64,000 bases of DNA from Macrostomum lignano (taxonomy: Eukaryota): positions 1 through 64,000 of the forward strand of contig NIVC01000327.1 of NCBI GenBank assembly GCA_002269645.1, read 5' to 3'. Positions 61,837 to 64,000 of this stretch are shown one piece after another; the first letter of the stretch is position 1; every line of letters begins with the position of its first letter. The translations under genes were made by a program, and so were the position numbers. The notes below the pieces were generated by a model, which saw only the letters and a list, made by a program, of their open reading frames with translations, searched no databases and was not told where the DNA came from.

Positions 61837-64000
61837 GATTTATTGATTGTTTGATTGCTTGATTGGTTTATTGATTGATTGATTAAGTAATTGATTGATT
61901 GACTGATGAGTTGGTTGATTGAAATGTTGATTGATTGATTGGTTCATTGATTGATAGAGTGATTAAGTTCATTTGTTGCTGATCGATTGATTGATTGATT
62001 GGTTCATTGATTGATTGATTGGTTTTTTGATTGATTGATTGATTAGTTGATTACTTAAATCATTGCTTTGTTGATTGATTGGTGAAATTATCTGGTTCAA
62101 TAATTTTACTTTTTGATACTACGTCCATGACTGAAAATTGGATACAATAAACTATCAAGATTTATCAATAAACAAAAACTATATAATTGAGACTCTCTAA
62201 AAGCATTCCCATATCTTATAATTTTTTCCAGGCTCAACTGGTCCCGTGTTGGTATTCGAAACCATCGTGTTCAAGATGTGCAAGGAGTGGCACTGGGACT
62301 ACCTGAGCTTGAGAATGTGGATCGGCCTGTGGATATTCGTCATCCTAATGCTTATAGTCGCTTTCGATTTAAGCGCGTTGGTTAAGTAAGTTCTTGTTTA
62401 ACTTTTTGAGTGTACATTGCAACAGAGGGTTAACATAAGTGTACTTTACCATAGCGTTCGGTAGGATCGTAGCCTAGTGGTGAGAGCGTCAGACTCATGA
62501 CTGAAAGGTTGGGGGTTCGATTCTCGACCCGCTTCCGGACATTTGCCCTCCGGCACTTCCCCTCCGGCACTTGCCCTCCGGCACTTCCCCTCGGCGGCGT
62601 TTGCCCTCCGGACATTTGCCCTCCGGGACATTTCCCCTCCGGACATTTGCCCTCCGGACATTTCCCCTCGGGGACATTTGCCCTCGGGGACATTTGCCCT
62701 CCGGACATTTGCCCTCCGGACATTTGCCCTCCGGACATTTCCCCTCCGCACATTTGCCCTCTGCAAATTTACCCCCTCGCACATTACTCACCTCACCTCC
62801 TCCTGTACCCACCCGTCGTTCCTCCAGCACCAACCTCATCCTCCCGCCTCTTGCATCCATCAGGTTCTTCTCCAGCCAACAACTCATCCTTTTCTAGTAA
62901 GCAATATATACCCGCGCCCTACCCCATCCCCAGCCTTACCTGTACTTTTCCAGAGGGGAAATGTCCGGAGGGCAAATGTCCGGAGGGCAAATGTCCCCGA
63001 GGGCAAATGTCCCCGAGGGGAAATGTCCGGAGGGCAAATGTCCGGAGGGGAAATGTCCCGGAGGGCAAATGTCCAGAGGGCAAACGCCGCCGAGGGGAAG
63101 TGCCGGAGGGCAAGTGCCGGAGGGGAAGTGCCGGAGGGCAAATGTCCGGAAGCCTTCTCGACCCAAATCGGAAAAATTTGTGTTTGTCTTAAGTTGCAAG
63201 ACAACTTAATTAACTCTGCATTGCTTCAGTTCACTCAGCTGTAAAATGGGTGCCAGTATTAGCTGGGGTAATTGAGGCTGTGTGTGTGGCGAACCCCTCC
63301 AGGTGCGGTTAGATGCAATGAAAAAATAATGACAATCTGTACATTGCCAATTCGAAATCTGCACATGCTCACAAACCATGCCTCAAACAGGTACATCACC
63401 AGATTCACTGAGGAATCGTTCGCGGCCCTAATCGCTCTCATCTTCATAGTGGAAGCCATAAAAAAGTTACTGCACATCGCTTCATATTATCCAATTAATA
63501 AATCTTGGCACCCGAAGTTCGTGTCAGATTTTAATTGCTCATGCGAGTTGGATCCTTCGGTGAACGCCTCCGAACGCAAGCCGCTGATGCCCGGTCAGCG
63601 CTACTTCGTGCCCAGCTATCCAAGACCCTACGGCGACGGCAACGGCACCGAAGTTCGCTATTTCGCCAATTATTCCCAACTGGACTACTGGGACTGGGAG
63701 TCCAGCAAATACTATAAATACTGCATCAATAATCAGGGAGTCTGGTCTGGCAGCGGTTGCGGCAAGTTCGCTGTGCCGGACGTATTCTTCTTCTCCTGCC
63801 TGCTCTTCCTGGGCACGTTCGGCATCAGCTACGGCCTGAAGATGATGCGCAACTCCAGATTCTTTCCAAATCGAGTTCGATCCATAATTAGCGATTTCGC
63901 AGTCATGCTGGCTATTGTTGCCATGACATTGGTTGACCTGCTGATGGGGCTGCACACGCCAAAGCTGCACGTGCCGGATACGTTCTCGCCGACACTGGGC
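55624..64000 (+). CDS. SLC4: SLC4-family Na+-coupled bicarbonate transporter (NBC/NDCBE type), partial (3' end beyond window)
   Basis: Exons 55624-55900, 56749-56808, 56901-56963, 57053-57196, 57896-58039, 58971-59213, 59871-60253, 60889-61048, 61239-61691, 62232-62385, 63391->64000 are phase-consistent. Motifs [125 protein letters not shown]. Confidence 0.95.
55930..56635 (+). repeat. Intronic minisatellite, 19-bp unit CGTGTCTGTCACTCTCAAT
   Basis: SLC4 first coding intron. Confidence 0.9.
57215..57850 (+). repeat. Intronic minisatellite, 24-bp unit GGTAGATAATCAGGTAGCTAGTCG (degenerating 3')
   Basis: SLC4 intron. Confidence 0.85.
58065..58890 (+). repeat. Intronic minisatellite, 16-bp unit TCAGGGAGGGTGA(CTG/ATA)
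   Basis: SLC4 intron; G-rich. Confidence 0.9.
59260..59850 (+). repeat. Intronic minisatellite, 20-bp unit CTTATGGACACTCACCGACA
   Basis: SLC4 intron 59214-59870. Confidence 0.93.
60305..60805 (+). repeat. Intronic minisatellite, 23-bp unit TCTAGTGTCAGAACTCTTGAATA
   Basis: SLC4 intron. Confidence 0.92.
61730..62085 (+). repeat. Degenerate (GATT)n microsatellite
   Basis: SLC4 intron. Confidence 0.9.
62464..62530 (+). pseudogene. tRNA-Met(CAT)-like pseudogene or SINE head
   Basis: A box TAGCCTAGTGG (62470-62480), TCAGA-CTCATGA-CTGA arm with CAT at 62496-62498 (one stem base missing), B box GGTTCGATTC (62514-62523). Acceptor and T stems are broken. Confidence 0.6.
62531..63154. mobile_element. 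Mutator/foldback-type MITE with ~200-230-bp internally repetitive TIRs and 9-10-bp TSD TTCTCGACC(C)
   Basis: Arms 62531-62763 and 62951-63153 are near-perfect reverse complements built from 15-bp CATTTGCCCTCCGGA units. TTCTCGACCC occurs at 62521-62530 and again at 63155-63164. Confidence 0.88.

Noticed and set aside
62464-62530. Functional tRNA-Met gene
   Set aside because: The anticodon stem lacks a base, the T and acceptor stems do not pair, and a MITE interrupts the 3' end.
62430-63244. Cys/Pro/Gly repeat ORFs ([10 protein letters not shown]) suggesting a metallothionein-like gene
   Set aside because: Translations of the MITE's 15-bp subrepeats within an SLC4 intron.

Overview
Eukaryotic (animal) genomic DNA with spliceosomal GT-AG introns. 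The gene families and the intron-filling minisatellites suggest a flatworm such as Macrostomum; this is an inference, not a database match. Contents in order: a decayed RNase H-bearing non-LTR retrotransposon (~0.5-2.8 kb); a disrupted PAN-like + ALK/LTK-type glycine-rich gene (-); two tandem DEG/ENaC channel genes with uninterrupted coding regions (-), one intact and one frameshifted by an internal deletion; a KDM7/PHF8-family JmjC demethylase (+, 8 coding exons); a divergent Sox HMG-box gene (-); a Gi/o-family G-alpha (+, 354 aa) ending in an unusual CGLA; DNAJC11 (+); a CYP2-clan P450 (-) lacking the I-helix acid; and the 5' part of an SLC4 Na+-coupled bicarbonate transporter (+, runs off the window end). 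About 30 tandem arrays (units mostly 16-41 bp) fill most long introns and intergenic gaps. Two Mutator-type MITEs with 9(-10)-bp target-site duplications are present, one inserted into a tRNA-Met-like sequence. Most long ORFs in the ORF track over repeats are artefacts. No CRISPR array or prokaryotic system is present. Exon coordinates were read by eye; repeat boundaries are approximate.
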